Shown here piece after piece: positions 38,124 to 48,400 of a DNA stretch of 64,000 nt (position 1 is its first letter; each line of letters begins with the position of its first letter). The position numbers and the translations under genes are program-made. Where the stretch lies: positions 14,834 through 78,833 of the IMG/VR virus record IMGVR_UViG_2974796119_000001. One strand, 5' to 3'. The notes under the pieces were generated by a model, which did not search any database, was not told where the DNA came from, and saw only the letters and a program-made list of their open reading frames with translations. The stretch is from a virus (lineage: Duplodnaviria; Caudoviricetes).

Positions 38124-38894
38124 ATGGCTAAGATTAACAACGAAATTATATATGGTAAAAACCCATTACCAAAACTAGAAGATACATTTATAGGTACTGA
38201 TAAAGATGATTTTAAAAAAACAAAAACGTATTCTATTTCAGGAATTTTCAGTTTGTTTAATAACCTAATAAATAATAAACTAAGCGGTTATAAATTTTCA
38301 GAATCAGACCCTAACATAACAAAAGCGGTATTTAGAAAAGAAATAGGGAATGTTTTAACTTTTAGTTATTTAGATAACTTAGGTTTTAATAATAAAGACT
38401 TTTTCAAGAATTTATTATTAAACAAAGAGTTTATTCTTATTCAAATAAAATCTAATTCAAATGAATTTAGAATTTTTAAAATAATATCTGGTACAGAAAG
38501 TTTTTATTCTTTTCAATTCGAATTATCCCCTATAGGAACCTCTTCATTAAGTTCATTAATTTTAGACACGGATTACTCTTTCACTATATCTATAGGTTCA
38601 GCTTCAAAACTTGATTTTGATGAGTCTAATCCTTTAAGTTCAAAATACATAGAGAATAATCCATTTATTAAGATAAATGGAAATCCTTTTAGATTAATAA
38701 AAAACCCTACAAATTCAGACCCCAGTAAAAAAACAACACTAGAATCAAACGACTTTATATCTAATGGATTTTTTAATCCTACAACAATAGTTAAAAAAGC
38801 AAGATATGAAAGCGGTGACATAAATTCTATAGGTACGTTGCTAAATGATTTTGAAGATGGTAGTTTTAGAAACGTAGAATATGACACTCTTTAA
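38124..38894 (+). CDS. tail hub/fibre-associated protein
   Basis: N-terminus paralogous to 40056-41264. Confidence 0.5.
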   Translation: MAKINNEIIYGKNPLPKLEDTFIGTDKDDFKKTKTYSISGIFSLFNNLINNKLSGYKFSESDPNITKAVFRKEIGNVLTFSYLDNLGFNNKDFFKNLLLNKEFILIQIKSNSNEFRIFKIISGTESFYSFQFELSPIGTSSLSSLILDTDYSFTISIGSASKLDFDESNPLSSKYIENNPFIKINGNPFRLIKNPTNSDPSKKTTLESNDFISNGFFNPTTIVKKARYESGDINSIGTLLNDFEDGSFRNVEYDTL

Positions 38895-38919
38895 TATAAA
38901 CAATTAAATACAATAAATT

Positions 38920-39165
38920 ATGAATTCAAATACTTCAAATGCAAATAATTGCGTTTTAATACCTTTCGGTAGCTTTACTGTTTATCGAACTAAGAAAAAC
39001 CAAGAATTATACGGTGAAACAAAATGTCTTAACAAACCATTAGTAGGCGATATTGTAGTAGGTTTTGTTGAAAATGACTTTTTCACAGGTAAATACAAAG
39101 GAGGTGATTTTGATTTACAGTCAAGCTACGATGAACTTCAATCGCAAACAAACACAAATATTTAA
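38920..39165 (+). CDS. small structural-region protein
   Basis: FTVYRTKKN...GDIVVG. Confidence 0.6.
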   Translation: MNSNTSNANNCVLIPFGSFTVYRTKKNQELYGETKCLNKPLVGDIVVGFVENDFFTGKYKGGDFDLQSSYDELQSQTNTNI

Positions 39166-39177
39166 AAAACAGAAAAC

Positions 39178-40026
39178 ATGAAGAAAATAATTTTAACATT
39201 ATTATTGATAGTAATTTCATCATCTACTTTTGCCCAAAATATAACTAGATTACCGAAAAGAGTAAAAGTTGCCACATGGGTACCCGCTAGTTCAACAGAT
39301 AAGATTGTATCAAAAGACCAAGAAGGATTCTTAAATGAAACACAAATAACTGTTCAGCAAATGACCGATGCTATCAACGGAGGTGGTGCGCAAAACTTAC
39401 AGCAAGTTACAAACGAAGGTTCAACAACTACCAATTCAATTACTAGAACAAGAGCAGGTTCAAGTAGACTAAGTTCAGATGCGTTTATTATAAGAGATAC
39501 AGGCTCTAATAGCACAGGTTCAATACTGTTTGATAACGATGGTAATGATTTTAGAATTTCTCAAAATACAAGTGGAGGTGAGATAGGTGCTACAAGTAGT
39601 TTGCGTTTTACTTATTCTAGTGGTTTTATACCGCAACCAATTGACATGCTTGTTTTAGGAACAAATAGCACTTCTTTAAATAACAACTTAACAATAAATT
39701 CAGCTAGTAATCAATTAAGGCTCTTTGATGTCTCAACAAATCGCGGTGTAACATTTAACGCTCAAAATGTAGCTTCTAATGTTATCTTAGAAACACCAAC
39801 GGAAAGTGGTAAATTAGCTTTAAAAAAAGATACAGTAGCTAAAATATCAGCAAACACAAGTTCTTCAGATACAAATGCTTCTTTAAACGCTGCATATCCA
39901 ATAGCAGACAACCCTTTAGGTACAATGGTAGCACAAAAATTTGGATCAGGATTAAGCTCATCCACAAATTTATACGTAAGAATCACCTCTACTGAATGGT
40001 TTAAGTTACCTGGTAGTAATCTATAA
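39178..40026 (+). CDS. fibre-like protein with a Sec signal peptide
   Basis: MKKIILTLLLIVISSSTFA-Q; QNLQQVTNEGSTTTNSIT fibre-type motif. Confidence 0.6.
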   Translation: MKKIILTLLLIVISSSTFAQNITRLPKRVKVATWVPASSTDKIVSKDQEGFLNETQITVQQMTDAINGGGAQNLQQVTNEGSTTTNSITRTRAGSSRLSSDAFIIRDTGSNSTGSILFDNDGNDFRISQNTSGGEIGATSSLRFTYSSGFIPQPIDMLVLGTNSTSLNNNLTINSASNQLRLFDVSTNRGVTFNAQNVASNVILETPTESGKLALKKDTVAKISANTSSSDTNASLNAAYPIADNPLGTMVAQKFGSGLSSSTNLYVRITSTEWFKLPGSNL

Positions 40027-40055
40027 ATAAAGTATTCAATAAACAACAACTAGAC

Positions 40056-41264
40056 ATGGGGTTAATAAATAACGAAGAACTTTACCCAAAAGACAAAAAA
40101 ATAACTATCAACGATCAAGTTATTGGTTCTGATAAAGATAATAATGGAGTTACAAGAAATTACCCCATGTCTGGTATTGTTAGCGTAATAAACGATGCTA
40201 ACGAATTAAAATTTAGCCTATATAAGTACTCTGATGATGATGCTAATCTAAGAAAAGGAGTATTCAATATTACCGGTTCAGATTTTAAGTTTAGCGATAC
40301 AGATCAGGAAAGTAATAATAATACTGCTTTATTTAATGTTATAAAAAACAATAAAGAAAATATTATCTTATACCTTAAAGATGGTACTGAGAATTTCGGG
40401 TATTATCATGTTAAAAATGCGACTCAAAACACTCAAAGTTTTACTTTCGAGTTAGAGCTAATACATAATATTAAAGCAGGTTCTTACGTGTTAGAAAACA
40501 CTTATGTTTTTAACATAGGAATAACAACATCTACATTAACTCAAATACAATCTGACTGGAATGAATCAAACGCTGTAGAGCCAAGTTTTATTAAAAACAA
40601 GCCCCTAATACCTACAAAATACACAGACGAAGAAGTTCGTGATGTAGTAGGAGCTACGCTAGTAGCAGGTTCAAACGTAACAATAACACCAGATGATGCA
40701 GCAGACACTATTACAATAGATGCTACTAGTTCAGGAACAACAGATTTAAGCTATGTGCCAAGTACAAGAACAATAGAATCTAGTAGTGGTAAAAACACTG
40801 TGATACCAACAGTAACTTCTGCTAACGCAGGGTTAATGAAGGCTAATTTTTACGAAGAAGGTACATTCAATCCTGTTTTAAATGCAGTTGGTGTTACTGA
40901 TTATAAAGTGACCCAAGCAACAGGAGGTTATACAAGAGTTGGAAATTTAGTACATTATTACATAACAATATATACATCAGGTAATACTATTGGAACACCT
41001 ACATCGGAATTAAAAATATCAGGTTTACCTTTTAATAGTTTAAGTACTCAATCTTTAGAGGGGGGTGTTGTGAGGTTTTTTGTAGGTTCAAATTTATCCC
41101 TTACTGATGTATCAAATTTAACAATAGGAATTGGGTTTAATTCTACAGATTTATATTTCCATTTAAAACACATAACACCTACTTCTCCCTCACCAATTAC
41201 TTTTTCAGGTGGAGGAATTATAAGAGTATCAGGTACATACACAACAAATTTTTACACCCCATAA
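40056..41264 (+). CDS. tail fibre protein
   Basis: QSDWNE...FIKNKP fibre motif; C-terminal YEEGTFNP...YTRVGNLVHY receptor-binding-type domain. Confidence 0.7.
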   Translation: MGLINNEELYPKDKKITINDQVIGSDKDNNGVTRNYPMSGIVSVINDANELKFSLYKYSDDDANLRKGVFNITGSDFKFSDTDQESNNNTALFNVIKNNKENIILYLKDGTENFGYYHVKNATQNTQSFTFELELIHNIKAGSYVLENTYVFNIGITTSTLTQIQSDWNESNAVEPSFIKNKPLIPTKYTDEEVRDVVGATLVAGSNVTITPDDAADTITIDATSSGTTDLSYVPSTRTIESSSGKNTVIPTVTSANAGLMKANFYEEGTFNPVLNAVGVTDYKVTQATGGYTRVGNLVHYYITIYTSGNTIGTPTSELKISGLPFNSLSTQSLEGGVVRFFVGSNLSLTDVSNLTIGIGFNSTDLYFHLKHITPTSPSPITFSGGGIIRVSGTYTTNFYTP

Positions 41265-41304
41265 CAAATAAGAATATTAATTATTAATCTAAATACAAAT
41301 ACAA

Positions 41305-41433
41305 ATGTCAAATTTAAAAGAAGAGTACAAAATGAAACCTGAATGTGAAGAAAACACATCAACAGAACAAGAAGAACCAATACAAGAAGGTTCTAAAGAT
41401 ATTATTGGTCCAAGGCCTGGAGATAGAGAATAA
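41305..41433 (+). CDS. 42-aa acidic peptide missing from the ORF track
   Basis: MSNLKEEYKMKPECEENTSTEQEEPIQEGSKDIIGPRPGDRE; stop abuts the next ATG. Confidence 0.55.
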   Translation: MSNLKEEYKMKPECEENTSTEQEEPIQEGSKDIIGPRPGDRE

Positions 41434-41772
41434 ATGAAATTAGAAAGCAAAATAATCTGTGTATTCTTACTTATATGGAGTGTTTTAGTTTATCAATTTT
41501 GGGGCTTATTACTAGAAAAATATAGTATAAAAATATTTTACCCTGGCATTGCATTAATGATGCTAGGGTTTGTATTTGTAATTTGGAGTGAATCTAAAAA
41601 CAAATCGTTTAAATATTTTATGGAGCTATTTTTATTATTATCTTTTAGTAATTTAATAGACGAAATATTTTTTGACCCAACAAAATTAGAAATTAATGAA
41701 CTAATTATTGCTTTATTTTTAGTTTTCAGATTTACCTTCATAATATGGAAGACAAAGAAAGAAAAACACTAG
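41434..41772 (+). CDS. multi-TM membrane protein in the lysis cassette
   Basis: 3-4 TM segments with polar motif SNLIDEIFFDPTKLEINE. Confidence 0.7.
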   Translation: MKLESKIICVFLLIWSVLVYQFWGLLLEKYSIKIFYPGIALMMLGFVFVIWSESKNKSFKYFMELFLLLSFSNLIDEIFFDPTKLEINELIIALFLVFRFTFIIWKTKKEKH

Positions 41773-41993
41773 ACATATTGGATTCAAAAGTGACTAAAAT
41801 TTTGTTTCATTTAGAAAGTGACCCCCGAACAAATACAAAAGGATTAGTCGAAAAGTTCGGTATCATGGAAGAGCAAATTAAAGATTTGCTAACTCGTGAA
41901 AGGATTTACAAAGCAAAAGCAGGTGTGTATGGCATCTTTGGAGGTGCTGCTTTGTGGCTTATTAAAGAATTTATAAGTAAAATTATACCTTAA
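41745..41993 (+). CDS. holin-like protein with a single C-terminal TM
   Basis: soluble N-terminus, AGVYGIFGGAALWLI, directly before the endolysin. Confidence 0.5.
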   Translation: MEDKERKTLDILDSKVTKILFHLESDPRTNTKGLVEKFGIMEEQIKDLLTRERIYKAKAGVYGIFGGAALWLIKEFISKIIP

Positions 41994-42027
41994 TAACCAC
42001 AATAGAAATAATTAAAAAAAACAAATA

Positions 42028-42504
42028 ATGTATACTTTCGGAAAAACCAGTAAAGAAAAAATATCAACTTGCCATATAGATTTGCAAAAGATATTCAAAT
42101 TAGCAATATCAAGAAGTGTAGTAGATTTTGGAATTTCAGAAGGTCATAGGCCTATAGAAATTCAAAAACAATATTATGCAATTGGAAGAACAGTTGATCT
42201 TCACAGGAAACCGATAACAAACATAGATGGTGTCAGTAAACTTGGTAAACATAATAAAATCCCTTCAGAAGCAACAGATTTTTATGCTTACCATAGTGAC
42301 ACTAGTACTAGAAAAAAGATTGCTTATGATACCAACCACTTATCTTACATATATGGAGTATTAGATTGTTGCGCTAAAGAGCTATATGAAAAAGGCGAAA
42401 TAACCCATTTATTAAGATGGGGAGCCAATTGGGATAAAGATGGAGTTTTGTATTACGACCAATCTTTTGATGATGCACCACACGTAGAACTTTACAAGCC
42501 TTAA
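42028..42504 (+). CDS. endolysin, M15-family L-Ala-D-Glu peptidase (T5-like)
   Basis: EGHR..Q..YYAIGRT, KHN...ATD, LRWGANW, DAPHVEL. Confidence 0.85.
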   Translation: MYTFGKTSKEKISTCHIDLQKIFKLAISRSVVDFGISEGHRPIEIQKQYYAIGRTVDLHRKPITNIDGVSKLGKHNKIPSEATDFYAYHSDTSTRKKIAYDTNHLSYIYGVLDCCAKELYEKGEITHLLRWGANWDKDGVLYYDQSFDDAPHVELYKP

Positions 42505-42507
42505 ATT

Positions 42508-43155
42508 ATGAAAAAATATATCCAACCTACAATTATTATAATTTTAATAGCTCTATTATTGAATCAATTTTTCTTTAATAGAGCATTAAGCTCAAGATAC
42601 GAAGAGAATATTAAAGCTCAGGAAGACACTACTTCATACTACAGAAACAAGTTAGGCCAAGAAGTATCTACAAAATTATCTTTACAATTAACAAAAAGAG
42701 AATTAAACAAAAAGCTAGAAACTAAATCAGAAGAAAACATTAGACTGAAAGAAGCTTTAAGAAAGATGAAGAAACCAATAGTGGTTATTCAGTCAGATCA
42801 AGAAGTTGAAATAGATACAATCTATGTACCTTTAAAAAACAATAAAGATTATCAATTCTCTTTCAATGAAAAAGTAAACAAAAAATGGTTCTCTTTAGAT
42901 ATTAAAGGAAATGAGAAAGGGTTATATATAAGCGATTTTAAGCTACAAAATAATCAAACATTGGTATTTGGGTGGAAAAAGAAAAATATATTCTATAACC
43001 CTGAATTAAGAGCTGAAATAACGAATACAAATCCATACTTCAAACAAACAAATGTAAAACCTATCTATATAGTGTATAAAAGGTCATGGTACGAAAACCC
43101 GATGTACACAATACCCGCAGGTTTCATATTAGGAGCTGCAGTTTCTAAATTTTAA
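42508..43155 (+). CDS. spanin-like protein with N- and C-terminal hydrophobic anchors
   Basis: N-terminal TM, coiled coil, beta region, C-terminal IPAGFILGAAV; follows the endolysin. Confidence 0.5.
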   Translation: MKKYIQPTIIIILIALLLNQFFFNRALSSRYEENIKAQEDTTSYYRNKLGQEVSTKLSLQLTKRELNKKLETKSEENIRLKEALRKMKKPIVVIQSDQEVEIDTIYVPLKNNKDYQFSFNEKVNKKWFSLDIKGNEKGLYISDFKLQNNQTLVFGWKKKNIFYNPELRAEITNTNPYFKQTNVKPIYIVYKRSWYENPMYTIPAGFILGAAVSKF

Positions 43156-43161
43156 TTAAAT

Positions 43162-43207
43162 ACATTACCAATTAAATACTTATTGATAGATAATTATATT
43201 AATTTAG
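43162..43207 (+). promoter_or_regulatory. late-type promoter of the second fibre module
   Basis: ACATTACCAATT - 26 nt - TAATTTAG. Confidence 0.6.
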
Positions 43208-43235
43208 TGGCACGAATTAATTATTATTTACCACT

Positions 43236-44267
43236 ATGTCTAAACGTTTTAAAACAACTGGCAACTATTTTGTTGTTGGTGATACCGAAACCGGTCTGGA
43301 AGAAATTAGAGAAGCTAAAGGAAATATTTCTTATAAGGAACTTCAGGGTTCTATACTTTTCTTTTTAGTATCTACCGGAATAAAAATTTCAGCAAACTTA
43401 TATAATAAAGATAATATTGTAAATGGAGACAGCAACGATGCTCCTTTTGCTGATATTGCAGCTTTAAAAAAATACCTAGACGATAACACGGCTTTTAGCT
43501 CGGCCTCGGGAAGTAGCGGGGCGTTATCTATTCCAGATAAATTTATATTCGAAACAAATACAGCTAGAGACACTTATTTTACATCAAATCCAACGGAAAA
43601 AACAACCGGTTTAAATATACTTGTTAAACAACCTCAGTTAGTAATAGAGCGATGGAATGGAAGTTCATGGGATTCATCTACTACTGTTATTAAAGGCGAT
43701 GATGGAGTCGGTTTAAAAAACATTTTAAAAGGTATAGAAAACACGAATACTGGAGCAATTTCTATTGCGTTCATGACTACAGATGGAAAAACATATTTAG
43801 TAGAAACACCTCCATTAAAAGGAGATAAAGGATTGCCTGGTGATAAAGGAGATACAGGAGAGGTTTCACTAGCTGAACTACAAAAATACCCACAAGAAGC
43901 TTACTCTTCTTACAATTACATAAGAAGATTAACTAGAGGAAGAGGGTGGGTTTTAGTAGCTAAATTTAGATTTGATTCTTCTAAGGTTAAAATAACTAAT
44001 GTTAATTGTTTAGTAGAATTTCAAAAATCTGAATTAACTGCTGATACTGATTATATATTTAGAAATGCTAATAACACCTTACAGGTTTATTTTTATAAAT
44101 CAAACATAGGTCGTTTAGATGGTTTTAATATTATCAATTTAACAAAATCATTAAGCCATACAAATAATGGGATTTTAGATATAGAAGTAATAGCTAGAAA
44201 AACAAGTTCTACAGGAAAAACAACTTCTTATTCAGTAGATGTAACTTTTGAAGGTATTAATTCTTAA
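43236..44267 (+). CDS. fibre/decoration protein with a short collagen-like stretch
   Basis: KGDKGLPGDKGDTG. Confidence 0.65.
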   Translation: MSKRFKTTGNYFVVGDTETGLEEIREAKGNISYKELQGSILFFLVSTGIKISANLYNKDNIVNGDSNDAPFADIAALKKYLDDNTAFSSASGSSGALSIPDKFIFETNTARDTYFTSNPTEKTTGLNILVKQPQLVIERWNGSSWDSSTTVIKGDDGVGLKNILKGIENTNTGAISIAFMTTDGKTYLVETPPLKGDKGLPGDKGDTGEVSLAELQKYPQEAYSSYNYIRRLTRGRGWVLVAKFRFDSSKVKITNVNCLVEFQKSELTADTDYIFRNANNTLQVYFYKSNIGRLDGFNIINLTKSLSHTNNGILDIEVIARKTSSTGKTTSYSVDVTFEGINS

Positions 44268-44278
44268 TAAGAATAATT

Positions 44279-45391
44279 ATGTTAAAATTTAAATATAAAA
44301 AAACATCGGACGGAAGTTATGGAAATGTAATTTCTTATTCAGATAATGATGCTAGTTTAAAATTAGGTAATAGTACTTACGACAATAATTACGGTTTTAC
44401 ATTTGTTGATGATGATAAATTAATACCGTTAACAGATAATCTTAATGTTACCGATAATGAGTTTCCTGCTTTTATAGAAGAGCCTACTGTAATGTATAAT
44501 GGAAATAAAAATGCATCATTGAATTTTACGGATCAAGATGTTTTATTCGATGGAATGACTTTAAAAGTAGAAAATCAAAGTAATTTTATTTTTACAGTTA
44601 CTTGTGAAAACTCTTCTGAAGATGTTATTATAGATTCAAAACAAAGCAGAATAGTTCAATACTTGTCAGTTCCAAATAGATTTATTGAATTTGCAGGAGG
44701 TAATACAGCATTAACGGTATCAAAAGACGATACCGCTAAAACAATTACTATAAACGGAAATACTTTAGATTTACATACTTGGTTTAATGGTTTAGCACCA
44801 GACACAGATAAACCAACTACTCCTACCAATATTCAATCTAGTAGTATTGGAGATACAACAGCTAGTTTATCATGGACTGCTTCTACAGATAATGCAGGTG
44901 TAATAGGTTATGACGTATATGTAAACGGAGTATTAACTAAATCAGTTACAGGAAATTCAGCTACATTAACAGGATTAACACCAGACACTAATTACTCTAT
45001 AACTATAAAAGCTAAAGATTCAGCAAATAATTATTCTGATTTTAGTCAAGCAACTGCTTTTAAAACATTACAAGTAACTAGTTCAATTAAATCATATAGT
45101 GGTTTTTATAATGGAGCAACTATAGACGAAGTAAATGCTAAAACTTTAACTATTAAACAAGTTTCTAATCCATTAACTAATTGGCACATGACCCAAGACG
45201 GTCAACAAAGTCGATATTCTTACATAATATTACCAACATTAGAAGCAAGTAAAGTAAATAGTGTTAAAACACAAGGAGGTTTACCGGGTAACTGGAATAA
45301 CCAATCACTTACTATAGATAGTATAGCATACACAGCTATTAGAAGCCCATATAAAATGTGGGATGAAAACGTAACTTTTGTAACAGAATAA
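44279..45391 (+). CDS. fibronectin type III domain virion protein
   Basis: DTDKPTTPTN...LSWTASTDNAGVIGYDVY...TGLTPDTNYSITIKAKD. Confidence 0.85.
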   Translation: MLKFKYKKTSDGSYGNVISYSDNDASLKLGNSTYDNNYGFTFVDDDKLIPLTDNLNVTDNEFPAFIEEPTVMYNGNKNASLNFTDQDVLFDGMTLKVENQSNFIFTVTCENSSEDVIIDSKQSRIVQYLSVPNRFIEFAGGNTALTVSKDDTAKTITINGNTLDLHTWFNGLAPDTDKPTTPTNIQSSSIGDTTASLSWTASTDNAGVIGYDVYVNGVLTKSVTGNSATLTGLTPDTNYSITIKAKDSANNYSDFSQATAFKTLQVTSSIKSYSGFYNGATIDEVNAKTLTIKQVSNPLTNWHMTQDGQQSRYSYIILPTLEASKVNSVKTQGGLPGNWNNQSLTIDSIAYTAIRSPYKMWDENVTFVTE

Positions 45392-45401
45392 AAAAATTAA
45401 T

Positions 45402-48400
45402 ATGACAACATTTACAAATAACACACCTATAAACAGCCCTATTACTCCAGGAACAGATAACAGAAACACATGGGCAACTCACTACGCAAAATATGGAGCA
45501 GGAGGTTTCGAAATTGTAGCAAATGACGCAGAAAGAAATTTAATATCTACTGATAGATTAGCTAATAAAATGATTTTTAACTTAGAAACAAATAAGTTTA
45601 ATCATTATAGTCAAAGTGCATGGGTAGAAACAACTGTAGATAATGTACCTCCTGAAGTAATAGCTGACATTAAAGCTAATTCAGGTGAAATAAATAGACT
45701 TAAAACACATATAGGTAATAATCCTGATGGAATTTATTCATATAGAGGTAAAGTAGCACCTACATATCCAGCAACAGCTAAAGAAGGATATTATATATCT
45801 ATGTATGCTTTACAAGCAAATCCTACTAGATTAAATTTACCTTCAGGAAGTTTAGTTAGTGATACCATTTTCTGTTTAGATAACACAGATACAAATGACA
45901 CTATTTTACTTACTGCTGCTACTGGTTTTAACATAGGTGATCTTCAGGCTTCAACAATAAATGTTCCCGCAGGAAATATGGTTTTTCTTGTTTTAGACGT
46001 TCAAAGTGGAGCTGATGATAATTGGGTATTGGCTTTTTCTGGAGCCATACCAAATTCACTTGATGGAATTAGTTCATACATTAAAACTAAATTAGGAGGT
46101 AGCTTACATACTATCGCTGAAATTGAAGCTGTTTTAAAAGATAGACTTCATACATTTAATGAAATTCAAAAAGAGTTTTCAAATCAATTACATACTATTA
46201 CAGAATTAGAATTAAATGGTTTTGAAAAAGATACTTATGAGTACGGATTTGTAGATAATAATGTAGTTCCTAGCGATAGTTCTTGGTTAATTAATCAAGC
46301 TAGAATTGCAGAACCAACAAACATACCTGCTCAAAACAAAGGTAATAAACACTTAGCTTTAGCTATACCTATCATAGTTGAGCCTTTAATTGAAAAACTA
46401 AAAGTTAATGATATAGATACAGTTTATATTTCAGAATATTACACAGGTGGAACAATACCTAGAAAAATATTAATCACTAATAGTCCAGTTGACACTAGTG
46501 CTATTGTAAAGGTTGAATTTCAGATAGGTGTAAATGATGTTGACATAAATAAGCTATGGGATAAAGGAATACAGACCAATATGGTTAAGTATGGCTTTGC
46601 AAAAACATACGCTACAGCACTATCGGATTTTGATTTAAAAGGTGATGCTAACATAGATGAAACTACAAATATTACGGCTCCTGCAGGTAGCCCAATATTA
46701 GTTTTAAGAGTGCCTAGAACATTATCTCTTACTATAGATACAATTGAAGTTGGCAGTACACTTCAAGTAGGAGCTGATTCAGTAGAGGTTAATTTTGGAG
46801 ACAAAGATTATATCTTTTGGAAATTCTCTCAACCAATGACAACTGATGTATCAACAACATTGCATTTTAACCTATATGACAAGTTCCCAAAATCATCTGA
46901 TGGAGGAATAGGTTTAAAAGGTGATGAATCTACAGAAGTATTTATAGGTATTACTGATTTAGAAATGCCAAACAGTATAGTTGAGTCACCACAAGGAGAA
47001 AGTACTACTGCGATTATAAAACCTTATGTAAAAACTACATTTCCTATAGATGACGAAGAAAATCCAAATGCAAATCAGGAATTTAAAGCTACAGCAATGC
47101 AGTTTTTAAAGCCGTTAAAAGGTTTTTCTGATCCTAATGAACAAACTGGTGTTGTTGTAGAGATAGATCATAATGCTTATGAAGAGAAACATAACTCTGG
47201 AATGCTAACTTACTTGTCATATTCAGAACAATTATTAGGTTCGCATGATGATAATTTGAGATACAGAAAAGGAGCTATTTGGTTTGACGATATTATTATT
47301 AATGCTGATGGAGTTGGTATCGTAAAAGATGCATCAAAAAAGTCTTATGGTATTCAAGAATACGATGGTAAAGACCCAAATGTAACAGGTGGAACAGATT
47401 TCTTAATTGCATTTAGAGCATCTTTTAAAGGTCAAGCACAAAACGGAGGATTTATTAGATTAATGTTAATAAACTCTAATGCTACACCTGTAGATACTGT
47501 AGCAGATACTTATATCACAAATAAAGATGGTGGTTTAATGGCTTCTGAAAGATATTACCAACAAGGGGAGTATTTAGAAGACATGGAAGTATTGGGTATT
47601 GTTACCGCTAAACAACTTGAAGAGTTTAAATGTGTTATTATAACTAATATTACTGGTGGAGATATTTATTTGAATGATAAAGAAGATGGAATATCAGGAT
47701 TAATGATACAGTCTTTAAGTTCAACAGAAAAAACAGGGCAAGCACTTGTTCAATATGAATTAGACACTAAACAAGACATTAATTTTATTCAACTGTATTT
47801 AGGGGCCGATAGAGCCACATTCTCTTATGCGTTAACTGATGATGTTGCGTTTAAAACAATGCCTATAAATTCATACACAGATGAATTAAATGGATGGGGT
47901 TATTATGCCGTTGCTCAAAACGGATTTAGCATACAAAATCATTATGTAGAAATAGACAATGATTTTAACATTCACCATATATTTAATGCTGATGAAACTA
48001 GAGCATTAAGAGGAAAGCTAATTAAAGTTACGACTGAGTTAACTAACGTTCAAGTAGGTTATACAGTAGCTTTAGTTAAGCATATTGGAACTCCTAATAA
48101 ATACGACCCTGATATTTTTAAAACTAGAAACCAGTTTGCGCCAGTAATGGAAAGTACCTGGGAGATAGTCGATAGGAATATTATAAATATGACTTCTAGT
48201 GATACATTCCATATCAATATACATAACTTTACAGTACCTATGGATGCTGTTAATTACGCTATTGTTATTTATCCTGAGTCAGATTTTGGAAGTGCTGAAA
48301 TTAAACTAAAAGAATTAAAAGTAGATGTATTAAATCCTTTTAATGCTTACTACTTACACTCTACAAGTAAATTAAATGAAACTCACTTAACACTTGATAA

